Below are positions 23,666-36,897 of a DNA stretch of 64,000 bases, piece by piece. Source of the stretch: Catajapyx aquilonaris (lineage: Eukaryota). Location: contig JYFJ02002452.1 of the NCBI GenBank assembly GCA_000934665.2, positions 1 through 64,000 on the forward strand. The letters run 5' to 3'. The first letter of the stretch is position 1; each line of letters opens with the position of its first letter. The position numbers and the translations under genes were made by a program. The notes beneath the pieces are model-generated. The model saw only the letters and a list, made by a program, of their open reading frames with translations. It searched no databases and was not told the origin of the DNA.

Positions 23666-25185
23666 GAAGCAAGAAATGCAAAAGAAGAAGAAAAAAAGAG
23701 CCCACTCGACCATTTTCTTAACTTCTGCCCCGCCCTTTCGATTAAAAAGTTTTTAATGTGTGAAGGGTGAGGGGGATGGGGCAGGGGGGAGGGGGTTTAA
23801 CAAGGTCAAAAGTCGCAAGGAATTAAAAAAAAAAAAAAGGTGGCGAATCTCAATGTGAAAATGTTTAAAAATGCTAAAAATTTCAACCCCCTCCTCCATT
23901 GACTTTCCGTTTCGTTCCTTGTATCCTTCCGTTTAGAAGAAAAAAAATTTTCTTGATCATCCTGCGCCAACACTCTTCTCTTCCTTTTTCCTTGTCCGTC
24001 TCCAATTGTCCAGAACGAACTTGAAGACGTCCAAGCTGGTTTAAAGCGTAAACTTTTTTCCGTTTAATATGCTCGGATCGTTTTTCTCTTCAGCATTCGA
24101 TTGAAACGATAGAAGTAGTCCCATTGCTAGCCGCCAGCGTTGTGTCTTGAGCCAGGAAAGTGAACCAAGGACTGTGACTGGGACCAGGTTCTTTTTTTTT
24201 GTTTCTTGTTTCTGAAAAACCCCGGGCAAATTCCGGTACTTCTTTCTCTTCAAATGTTTATTTTGGGTGTGTTCATCACTAAAGAGGCATCTACCCGCAT
24301 ATTTCACCCCTGAACCCATGAGCCATTGGTGTTGTGATTATTTTCTGTGTCCTAGTAATTTCGTAAAAAAAAAAAAGAGAGTAACGGCTTCCTTAATTGT
24401 TGTCTACTTTGTTCAGTACAAGTGGGTACAAATATGAGTTGCGCCATCTTATTTATACAAAAAAGGAAGCGAACAGCTGCAGGTGGTGACGAGTGTACAA
24501 AACGGGGAAAAAAAATACTCAAAAGATGAGAGGACTGATATGTAATTACAGATATTTTTTTTTTGTTTCCCATTTCATTATTTCATGTGTATGATTGTTG
24601 TCGGGAGCTAACTTTTTTTGTGTAGGGGCAACGGCTGTAAATTTCTCTCCGTTTTTTTTGGTTCAGTCAGCACATAACTGCCTAACAGTCTAATATTTTT
24701 TGTTTTCGTCTCAAACGCCACAATCAACCTAAAACGCAGTTGGCTTGCACGTCACTAGTATTGAAGAGTTGCAGTGACGGATTTTTTTATGTTCCATCAC
24801 AAAGGTGTATAAAAGATTTTTGCAGCCAACTTCAAAAAGTCTGTAACATCATAATTTTTCTTCTGAGTTGTAACCTACAGTAGGGAACAATAAAAGTTAG
24901 CTGATATCTCTGGATCTTGTTAGTTTACCCCGAGCACGTTAACAGTTGTTGATCTGGACTGAGGAGCTGCGAGTCAACCACTGCAGCTGACCTATGAATG
25001 TCCGACTTTTGACGACACCAGCGGCAAATCGGAAGCTCAGGTGGGAGCAGCTAAGCTCACAGGGGTAACCATGAGGCTGGGGTAGGAGTGTCTTCGCTGA
25101 AAGACGCTCCTACCCCAGCCTTATGGAGACAATTATTTCACAATTATTTACAGACTAGTATGAATGTCTTTTATTAGAAGCGGTA

Positions 25186-26217
<1,032 letters not shown>

Positions 26218-26420
26218 ATTGCGATACAATGCACTCGGTACACTATCGACACACATGCGCGGCGCGGCGGGACATTCAATCGACATGTACTGCGTACATT
26301 ACATTCGACCTTTATGCATGCTAAAATAGGCCATTACTACATTAATCGCAATTTTTATTGCCGTACAGTAATTTCTAATTTTAATTTTTAAATTTGCTAC
26401 CCCGTGTAATGCTGGAGCCA

Positions 26421-26500
26421 TTGGCTATTGTAAGAAGAATGGTAGTATTCCACCACCCTTAGGGGGGTGGAATACCACCATTTTTCTTAGAATAATCCAA
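26421..26500. repeat. 80-bp imperfect palindrome in the divergent intergenic region
   Basis: ttggctattgtaagaagaatggtagtattccacc...ggtggaataccaccatttttcttagaataatccaa folds back on itself. Confidence 0.8.
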
Positions 26501-27338
26501 CTGCAGGAAAACTGCCGCCATATTTGAACGTAATAATTACGCCCCCCCCCAATTAACCAATAAATTAATTATACGATATAAACATAAAAATATAATTCGT
26601 CACAATATAATTTGCAGAAATTCCCGATTGTTGCATGAGCGTCAAAAAGACCCCAATTAAAATAGTTTTGAGCAAAAAAACTACAGCAAAAGAACCGGAA
26701 ATCTAGTCATGTGTTTGTGAGTGGTTTGTGACCATTGCCCTTGAGAAAGAGGTGCTCGAGGGGGAATATCAGAAAGCCCAGGATACGTCAGTCTTCACTC
26801 GAGGTCACAACACAGCAGACGTGTCTCTTGGTAAAAGTGCGGAATTTTAACATTTTAAAGGAGTTTAACATAAATGAGGTAGGTTATATACATAAATCAT
26901 GTTCGATATATTTCGCAAGCGCGCCAAATTTGAACCAGCTTATGCGAAAATCTGTAAAAAAAAAATTGCGCATTTATAACGGAAATTGCGTCGAATGAGG
27001 GAAATAACTGGCGAAATTTGCATATTGGATGACAAGGAAGGAAGTTGATTCATCTCAATGGTTTTTACCACGGTTTTTACCCCGGGCACTTCATCGTTAC
27101 ATTGTCAAAAGTGGTGCGGCTGGACATGCAAACTTGTGTGCCCTTCCTTGCTAAGAGGATGTTCAAAAACCACAGGTTGATAAGCCGTGATTATTAATTT
27201 ACCCGTTGACTACTGCGTGGAGTAGATACATTTGTCACGGTACACTTCACATATATGTCAATTGTTTATAAAAATTAATATTCACTACATATCCTGCAAC
27301 TATAGGATGTGCACTAAATCAGTTTCTCATTTGCAGAT

Positions 27339-28947
27339 ATGATGCATCGCAATAAGGAAGCAACCCTCCGAGCGCTTGGTCCGTCCGAGCGCTTCCTGAC
27401 TGCCTGTCACACCCATGGCGACCTGCAGGTTGGACTGGCTATCCGGGTCCGAAGCGAAGGGTCTTGGAGTATGGTCAACCACTTACCGGGAGCCATTGAG
27501 ACCCTTCAGAAGCGCCATCCTCAGCTCAGGTCCAGGATAATTACTAGGGAGGCACCTCCATCGCCTGGGTCGGCTGGATGGATACCCAACCCGCTTCACT
27601 GGCTGAGGACACCTCGGCCGTTACGGCTGATGGAGTTGCATGATGTTGAGAGAGCGGCCGAATGGAAGGTGCAGTGGAAGCAGGATGTGAGTGATGTTCC
27701 GGGATGTTTGACTGAAGCTATGCGGACACCTCTGGATGCGGAGGAGGGGCCCATGTGGCAGGTCACCTGGGTGGCGGATGAGGAAGTTGGGGTAAGTGTC
27801 AGGTAACTTGCACAGTGGAACTCTGTAATGCATCCATATGTTTTCAGATTGTGACTGGCAGTGGAACACTATCGTTGGCCTTCCACCCTGTTGTGGCCGA
27901 CGTATTTGGTGCACTTCTGATAGCCTCGGAGCTCATAACCCTCCTGAACAAATCAGCGTCTGACAACGGACCATCTCGGGGCTCAACCGCACCTGCCTTG
28001 GAGTCCATCCTGCCCATGTCCACCTTCACCATGAGCATTGCCAACGTGAAGGCAATTGCTGCTCGTCTATGGGGAATTATTTGGGCACCTTCTCCAACTT
28101 GGGCCAAGACCTATCCGCCACCTGCCGCCCCACTTGCTGCTGCCACTAGAGTCTTACTGGTGCATCAGGAAAAAGGGCAGGGACAGAGGCTGGCCCATAT
28201 TCTGAGGAGGAGACGGCTGCGTCCCAGGGCACTGGCGACTGCGGCTGGCTTAGTGGCTGCCAGGAGGGTACTGTTGAGTGCAGCAGAGGATCAGGATGGG
28301 AAGGTGCTTAACTTGAACACGGTTCAGCATGTTGATCTCAGGCCGTACTGCTCAAGTGGAGGCAATGTCAATGATGCCCATCTACATGGGTGGCTCAGCA
28401 CATTCTTGCAGGTACGGGTTTTAAATATTCCTAATGGAGTTGTTGTTACATATTACCATTATAACTACTACAGGTTCGTCTGGATTGCCCATATGTGCGG
28501 CAGGATGACCCAGCCTCGTTTTGGGATTTGTGCGAAGAGTGTGATCGTTGCCTGGTGGTCCTCCGTGATCCCACCCTTCCCATCCAAGCCCTCCACGTTG
28601 GCTCCTGGCTGCGAGGTGACCCAGATGAGACTGTGACTCAGCCACCGTGCCATTCGGGGAGACTGGTGAGCGACTTTGGAGTTGTGGCCACACGATTACC
28701 CAAAATTGCAGATCAAGAAGTGTCCACCTTTCAAGTGGAATCAGCATGGTCTTGCACATCTGGCCCACACATGGAGACGCCTCTGGCCTACCAGATCATG
28801 AGTCATGGTCACCATAACGTTGAGTTCATGATTGCATGTAACTCAGGGTACATTGACCTGGAATTGGCAGGAAGGTGCCGGGCAGAGTTTGAAGAAGCAC
28901 TGCGGCTGGCAGCCAAAAGTGTTGAGGACGACCATGTGATCACCTAA
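27339..28947 (+). CDS. CoA-dependent acyltransferase / condensation-domain-like protein (alcohol acetyltransferase/PapA5-like fold)
   Basis: Exons ~27339-27791, ~27848-28411, ~28474-28947. Motifs LRALGPSERF, LQKRHPQLRSRI, PLDAEEGPMWQV, LAFHPVVAD (position of HHxxxDG), VDLRPY and FWDL. Confidence 0.75.
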
Positions 28948-29496
28948 GAATCTCACAGTTACGGAGTTTTTAAAATCGCAGTGAACAATGCAGTTTGTGT
29001 CAGACAAGATCGCATTTTGTTAGGCCGACTCAAAGGGGCCGACGGGGGCGGGTACTTACTATTACATAATATTTTATACACATCATACATTGTGCAGACA
29101 AATTAATTATACGTTACATTATTACTATTGTTAGGGAAGTGTGACAACTTGAAGGCCAGGTATGTGGAGCATTTTTAATAATAACTGGTGAAGCCAATGG
29201 CGAGGAAAACAGCCCAGCCTTGTCATGTGTGATTAAAATGTATATGCAATTTTACACATAATGCATACAGAATATGCCATATGCATTATGTCAAATTATA
29301 TGTAATCAAAATGCATTTATTATTCCTCTTATGTAACTGCACCATTTTCATTCATTTGAGGCGTACATTAATAAATAATTTCCAGTACATACAATTTATA
29401 AAAATGTGTACTCTGAATTTTAAGTTAATAAAAATATTTGAGTAATATTTTGTTTTCAAATTTTCCGCCCCCTTTTTTTGCCCCCCCCCCCCCCNG

Positions 29497-29589
29497 TGAC
29501 GTCACCACCAACGCCTCAGTTGCGTTTACACAATCAAATCGTGTACAACTCAACCAATCAGCATCCTCCTTTCCAAGAAATCAACCAAT
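29497..29589 (+). promoter_or_regulatory. Putative SRSF1 promoter elements
   Basis: CRE palindrome TGACGTCA (29497-29504) and two AACCAATCA boxes (CCAAT at 29554 and 29585), 240-330 bp upstream of the ATG. Confidence 0.5.
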
Positions 29590-29828
29590 CACATGCCACC
29601 TCCTCGCAGGTGTAAACCCACGGTGTAGAGCGCCATCACCTTGACCCCGGCTAGATTCTGAACTAGTTGTTGAGCTTGGCGTCCCTCTTAGTGTTCTAGG
29701 CTAGAGCATCTTTTCTCGCTATTTGGCCAGGGCTAGTTTACCTTTAAGACCTGTTTCTATCTCTAGGCGAGGCCTAGAATTAGTCCATTACGGTTTCCAG
29801 AGAAAGAGACATAGGCGGGCAGGGCAGG

Positions 29829-32800
29829 ATGTCGTACGGGCGGAACGAGTGCCGGATCTACGTGGGGAACCTCCCTCCGGACATTCGGACCAAGGACATC
29901 GAGGACCTGTTCTACAAGTTCGGGAAGATCACCTTCGTCGATCTGAAGAACAGGAGGGGACCGCCCTTCGCGTTCGTCGAGTTCGAAGACTCCAGGTAAA
30001 TAAGGGGAGGTACACGACGACTGTTGGTGGAAGGAACGCAGCACTGGCACGGTGTCATGCGCAACCAAATGCCACTCAGCGTTCTGTTCACAGGCGCTTG
30101 CAAAATTATTTTACATTCCAGCACATGCACTACATTACTTATTTAACGGTTAATGGCTGTATTGGCCATGTTGCAATAGAAGAAAAAAAATGCACCTTAG
30201 TGATTCGTAAGATCAGGGTTGTGAACCGAACCCTTGCTCCGTGAACACTATAACAGTGGAGCCACTCCGGAGCAGTAGAGTCTAGTCCGGAGCGAGCGTT
30301 GGAGCTGGGTTCGGGTTTGAGCCGGTTCAGGGGGAGAGTGGAGCCAAGGTCGGAGCGGGTCTGGAGTTTGGTTCGGGCCAACGGCTCCGGCGCTGAACCC
30401 GGTTCCGGAGGAAGTTTAGGAGCAGTTCAGAGCTTGGTTAGGTCCAACATACCAACGCAATGGGGGGAAAGGCAGAAAAACCACTGGATTTACTCCAGTG
30501 TATGCGTCATGTTTTCATGGTGGCAGAATGACATTTCCAAGCACCCGTGGTACAGGATGTACCGCAAATGTCACATTTTCATGTCATACACATTTGTTGT
30601 ATGCCACATATTTATGTCATACGCATTTTTGTACGTTACAAAATGTCAGACACATTTTTTGTAAGTCACAATGTGCCATAAGCATTTTTTGGATGTCACA
30701 TCTTCATTTCATACCAAGAGCTAATGGTCATACGCATTTGTTGTATGTCACATGTTATGTCATATGCATTTTTTGTATGTTGCAATATGATATTGTAACA
30801 TACAAAAAATGCCTATGACAAAAATGTGGCCTCCAAAAAATGTGTATGGCATATTGTAACGTACAAAAATGCGTAAGGCATAAAAATGTGACGTTTGCAG
30901 TACACCCTGTATCGCGAGTGCTTGGAAATGTCATTCTGACACCGTGAAAACATGACACATACGCTGGAGTAAATCGAGCGGTTTTTCTGCCTTTCCCCCC
31001 AATGCATTGGTATGTTGGACCTAACCAGGCTCTGAACCGCTCCGAACCTCCCTCCGGAACCAGGGTCAGCTCCGGAGCAAGTTGGCAAGCTCCGACGCTC
31101 ACTCCAGAGTAGCTCCTCTGTTATCGGGTTCACAGAGCAAGGGTTCGGTTTGGTTCACAACCCTGCATAAGATGAAGAGTAAATGACTTTTTGCACGACA
31201 CCCAGAATTCCAAGAATCCAATAAACAGCAAGATAGCTTTTATGTGGCTAGCTACATGCCCAACCCCAAAATACTGCATTCACCCCTCAAAAAGTGGAGT
31301 GATGGGGGTAATAAAATGGGATGAAAAATCTTCATTAAGATTGTCTAAAGCCTGTTTCATAAACTCGGTGTTGCGTCCAACTGGGAGGACTTTCTGCTTC
31401 ACATTAGCGGGAGGCCCACACTCCCTCCAGTGCTCGGCCATCGGACGCAGCATTTGTAAATAGCCAGTAGCAAGTTTTCCGCGCTCCACACGCCGCGCTC
31501 GCGCAACGCCAAGTTTGTGACATGGGCTAATGGATAGTTGTTAATCATAACAATGGAGTTAGGGGGACACCAAAGGTCATGTTATTTGACAGTTAACTGA
31601 AATAAATATGATTACACCTTGAACAGTGGGTTTCTGTGAGGTCAGGTAAAAATTGCTGCCACATTTATTAGCAGGGCATTGAGTTTAATGATGAACCCAA
31701 GAGGTCACACAAACTGGAAAAATGCATTGAAATTAATTACAAAAAATGTAGCACTGAATGTTTAAAAAATTTATGGCTGGACGTTTTCAGAAATTGCTTC
31801 TCCTTACTGTACAGTTCTGCTCATATATCGAGGCAACCGCCAGCGACATTTTCCGAAGCGGCAGAAGAAGGAATCTTGTTTGCCCATGCTTGAAGCATGC
31901 TTATCTTCGATTCCTTCTTCTGCCGCTTCGGAAAATGTCCCTGGCGGTTGCCTCGATATATGACCAGAACTGTACCACATTATTTAATGGTCTCATAAGT
32001 TGATAAAATGTGACGACATTGTCTATTTAGCCCTCAGTCAAATGTGCTACCATAAAATTTCAATTCAATTAATGTGAAATGATTTTTTTAATCCGTTCTT
32101 TTTAAAATGCACAGAAAATTTCGCATCTGCAAGCCGTGATAAACATTTTAAAATTCAGTAGTAGAAATTTTTGTAATGAATTTCCATGCAGTCTTCGGGT
32201 TTGTTTGGCCCCTCATTCATTATTATCATTAATGTCCTAAGCAACAAATCACTGTAATAGCAGAAATTTTTACCAGGCCCTACAGAAATTCACGGCCCAC
32301 CAAAGTGTAATCATATTTACTTCAGTTAACTGTCAAAACTTCAACTTTGATGTTCTCCTATCTCTATTGTTACGATTCATATTTATCCATTCTGAAGTCC
32401 AGCTAATCTTAATTAAGTTTTTTTATCACCCTTTATTACACCATCACTCCATTTTTGGGGTGAACGAAGTCATTTTGGGGTTGGGCAAGTGCAGTGTTGG
32501 ACATTAATCAAGGCATACTGCCAGCAACATTTTCCGAAGCGGTGGTCTTGCTCGCCCGGCATGCAGTATCCTTATCTTTGATTCCTTCTTCTGCCCCTTC
32601 AGAAAATGTCGCTAGCAATATGTCTCGATTAACGTCCAACTCTGTACCAACTGGAGCTATGCTGGTGGTCGAGGCAGTGAAATGACAAAGGCAGTTGAAA
32701 CTCTAAATAGTGGGTGTCCTTGCACAGTTGTGCAGCAAGAAGAATTTGTATAAACAGTTGAATGATCCCAAAGTGGCACACTGATGAATCAGCATGGCAC

Positions 32801-35612
32801 CAAGTTGTGCATGAGCACAAATGGCCGTGCCACTTTTTTTTTGTCGTGACATTAATTTACCCTTTTAACATTTCGAAATGGAACTTCCAAGTTGGGGCAA
32901 GTGAAGCATAAGTTTCACGGCCTGAGTCACATGCAGCAGTCTCTTCGTTGTCTATTCCTTACTTGAACTGGCAGCGTTGACCTTTTGATATAATTACAGC
33001 TCAACAGTATGCTGATTCATTGCTGTTTAGATTTGTATGATTTCACCAGCCGGTATAAACAGGCCTGATTAGAGGCTTTGTCCTTATCCGAGTCTTCAAT
33101 CAAGTGTCAAAAGTTAGAGCTTGCTCAATGCCGTCTACATAAACTCCAATAGTTACTCATACGTGAAGCCATGTAGATATCCTGTTATTATCTGTGTACT
33201 AAAAACAATATGACCAAGGATGACATGCTTATTAATGTGTGGTTTGCAGGGATGCGGAGGATGCTGTGCACGCAAGGGACGGATATGACTACGATGGGTA
33301 CCGCCTCCGAGTGGAATTCCCCAGAGGTGGTGGTGGCCCTGGCAGCTTCCGAGGTCGGGGCAGGGGCAGGGGGCCTCCAGCAAGACGGTCGCAGTTTCGT
33401 GTGCTTGTTTCAGGTGAGTACTTTCGCGGAGGAAGATGTGAAAATTGTAACTACTGTTTGTCTTTGACCCCATGCCGCGTAGGTCTTCCCCCAACGGGCA
33501 GCTGGCAGGACCTGAAGGACCACATGCGTGAAGCTGGGGATGTGTGCTTTGCGGATGTGTTCAAAGATGGGACTGGGGTGGTGGAATTTCTCCGCTACGA
33601 GGACATGAAGTACGCCGTGAAGAAGCTGGATGATTCGCGCTTCCGCTCCCATGAGGTAGGGTTGCGGTCGGGGGGAGAAGAGACTTGTACTGGAGTTGGC
33701 TGAACGGAGAGTCTTTAATAGTGCAATGCACAGGAAGGAAAATCAGTGGGAAAATAGCCCTCCCCCTGGATTCACGGGAGAAAAAGCAGGATAACTGGCT
33801 ATCTCTCTCGCTCGATTGGCCCCCTTCCCATCGCTGCTACATGTGGAAGTTGGGAAAAAGGTCGGAACTGGATTTTATTGCACAGGATTTGCAGGATTCA
33901 GGATTTGCACAGGATTGGCCCTACACGTAAAAGGATAAGAGGATCGCGGTGCCACACACTCCACACTCCTACTTTCACGAGGAAGGATATCTCGGAAGGA
34001 AGGATCTTGGATTTTTGCTCTGGCAAAAAAATGGGGCTCTTTTTTTTGGCGGGGGGAGGTGGGACGAGATTTTTCGAAATCCAGGAGTGATGTGAGTGTG
34101 TGTTGCTTCGTGTGTGTGTATGTGTGTGTTGTTTCTCCTTCCCCGACACGGATGGATATCAGGATCAGTTAAAAGGATTCGCTCACGGGATTAAGGATCC
34201 TCCGGCGGGGAAAAAGGAATCGCTCATGGGATTAAGGATCCTCTCAGAAAGGATCCGACTCACGGGATTAAGGATCCTCGGACGGGGAAAAGGATTCAGG
34301 ATTCATGGGAAAAAGGATTGCACACACACTGTTCGTTTGGATTTAACTGGATGAAAATCACGGTAAATGACCTTTGGGGAGTCAAAGTTTTCCCTTTCCT
34401 TGTTGCTGACTCAGGGCTGGAGGAGCAATGGTTCGACCCATTTTGCACTCTTGGCTTCAATAATAATATGCTTTCGATTGGATTTGCAATTTGCATTTAA
34501 CCACGTTGATCTGGTTGCATTGCTTGCGGTACATCAAAACTTCAGTTATTTCCTTGCTGTTTGTTGCCAGCAATTAATAACAAGGAAACAGTTGCGGCTT
34601 TTGATGCACAACAAACAGAGCAGCTGTCCGTAAGGTATCATCGAATGTATTATCAGAAATGCGTAGTCATTTTACGTACCAATTTTGCCAGTAATGAACG
34701 TATGAATTACTTAGCCTCATGATTCCCTTCCAGGAGATGTAAAATGGGTTGACCAGTTGTCTCGTAAAACATTGTGTTCCTGAACCAGTTCAGTTCTTAA
34801 GCCACTTAAGAATATGCCACAATTAAGAATCCCGTGTCCCACATTGCAGCGTAGCTTTTAATGGCCGAAAGATGTTCCTCGCATGGTGGTCGCTGCGAAA
34901 GTTGTCTTGATTCGTGGTGTCCAGAAATGATTGTGTCAAGTGTAGAACTGGTGATATCTCTGCCCCAATGTGGAAACGCTACCCTATGATTGCTGTTCAT
35001 ATTGGGACACAAACATCGCACATTTTTCACTGCACTCGTTTGAGTTCCTGCGCTTGTTTATATAAGTCATAATCCGTCATGAACAGCATTCGTGATAATT
35101 ACATCAAGACAACTTGATCAGTGTTGCCCACACTGCGGTGGATTTTCCTAGCTTGAACAGGACGAGTTAATGAAGCATGCCACAACTCACAATGTCAAGT
35201 CTAGGAAACTAACTTTAGTTGCGTGCCTTTGTGTCACTTTTTTAAACACCCTTTGGTTGGGGGGATGGGTCTTTTTTTGCAAAAACAGAAAAAACCTAGA
35301 TGGGCAGGAGGGTTTGGTGGGGGGAACTTCCAAAGTCCTTTCTTACCCTGTGTCTCCCCTTTCATTTTCCAGGGTGAGGTGTCCTACATCCGAGTGAAGG
35401 AAGATTACGGAGGAAGCGGAGGTGGAGGCGGCGGCGGTGGCGGAGGCGGAGGAGGAGGAGGAGGGAGCGGTGGGGGTGGAAGCACCGGGGGCAGGGGTCG
35501 CTCCCGATCCCGCAGCTTCTCCCCGAGAAGGCGAGGATCACCCACGTACTCTCCCGTGAGGCGCAGCATCAGCCGGTCACGCTCCAGGTCCAGGTCCAGG
35601 TCATACAACTAA
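29829..35612 (+). CDS. SRSF1: Serine/arginine-rich splicing factor 1 (ASF/SF2)
   Basis: Exons 29829-29995, 33250-33413, 33483-33655, 35373-35612. RRM1 [34 protein letters not shown], pseudo-[22 protein letters not shown], Gly tract and RS domain. Confidence 0.97.
30214..31165. mobile_element. hAT-like non-autonomous element, largely palindromic, in SRSF1 intron 1
   Basis: TIRs cagggttgtgaacc / ggttcacaaccctg; 8-bp TSD cgtaagat (30206-30213) versus cataagat (31166-31173); long internal inverted arms ~30395-30660 and ~30815-31075. Confidence 0.85.
31253..32491. mobile_element. Older foldback element with long diverged inverted repeats, SRSF1 intron 1
   Basis: tgcccaaccccaaaat..ggagtgatgg..taataaa (31257-31345) is inverted at 32405-32491; tgacagttaactgaaataaatatgattacac (~31587) is inverted at ~32305-32336. 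Confidence 0.7.
31812..31972. mobile_element. Tc1/mariner-type MITE related to family A, nested in the foldback element
   Basis: TA|cagttctg...cagaactg|TA; near-perfect 161-bp palindrome sharing gcgacattttccgaagcgg with family A. Confidence 0.85.
32492..32644. mobile_element. Family A MITE
   Basis: cagtgttggacattaatc...gattaacgtccaactctg|TA. Confidence 0.8.
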
Positions 35613-36897
35613 AGACCTTCCTCTATGACCTGATCAAGGAACTACTGCTACCCGTACCACTCTAGTAGCAAGAGGGGTGCTTTTGCGCCACCCATTTTGG
35701 GGGGGATTGTTTCAATGGGGAGGTTTCGATTAGGATTATATTTAGATGTGCTTTTCAAGCTGTAGTTTTGGTTTTTTTTTAAGTTCAAAGGAGGTCAAGT
35801 TGTTATTATTTGTGTGGTAATAAGTAACAAGAAGGTTTTGCTGTATAACTTTTTATATTGTTTGAGGTTGGGCTAAGTTAGAACTTTTCACAAAGTTTTG
35901 ACCGTATGTATGCCTGCTTGCTGAAAGTTTGTTGCTGATATGCACTGACAGCAATGGAGGTTTCTGCTTGACATAAGGTCATTTGATGAACTTGATGCCG
36001 GGGCACTCCATCTAGGTTGACGTTGACCAAATCTGTGTGACGAAGTGTGCATCAGCTCCAGTTGGTGCCTTCTGACAGCGTAATACTCTCTGAGTTGCAC
36101 CTCCGCCTCCATGCGGTAAAAAACAAGTGTATCTGTGCATATCACCCGAATGCACCAAATCACTAGTCGTATATTCTGCCATTGTCTGTCACTTATGGTC
36201 ACCTAAGCTATGCTTCCTGTCCAGCAAGCTGCGTCTATTCAGTCATCATGCAGGGGGCATGTCCAGCATTGCAATTTTCCGCGACACAGTGCATGTCAAG
36301 GAGTGTTTTGCAAGCTCATGAGAACTGATGTTTTCGAGTGAATTCAGCTGAGAATAGTAATTCTCAGGGAGCTGGTGACCAGGATTGGTTACGAGAGCCA
36401 CCGGACTCGTTCCTGTTCGCTGATGCCTGATAACTATAGTTGCGTTAGTTCCTTTCTACTTAATGAATCAAGCTAATTAATTCTTACGACAATCGTTGTG
36501 CAGTTTTGGAACTGAAAAGATGCATAGGAAAAGAGGATTAAATTTTCCGCAGTTTGTTTTCACTTGAACGACCAGTTCTCGTAGCTTGAAAACTCACCTT
36601 CAGGAGCCGAGAATCTTGGCGAGTAAGGTTGGGATTCTGCGGGGCTTCTCTTTTGCTTCAGGCATGTGATGCATAATAGTGTAAATGAGATGATTGAAAG
36701 CATTTCAAAGGAGTGACGACGGCTGAGCTGTAGGAGGCAGAATATTGTGGATTTGCTATATTTTCATGTTCAAATGCCCACTGTACGTATTAGGATGTTC
36801 AGCTTAATTTAAATTTACGTTTAACATGATTGTAATGAAACTAGATCGTCCTGATATACAATTGGCACAATCTTTCCCTGTTGGAGTTTGACATTCA

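Noticed and set aside
25069..25126. SECIS element
   Set aside because: ATGA is fully Watson-Crick/G-U paired with no GA quartet, and neither flanking gene has an in-frame Sec TGA.
30139..31489. ORFs inside SRSF1 intron 1 as a transposase
   Set aside because: Short, repetitive translations of palindromic non-autonomous elements; no DDE motif.
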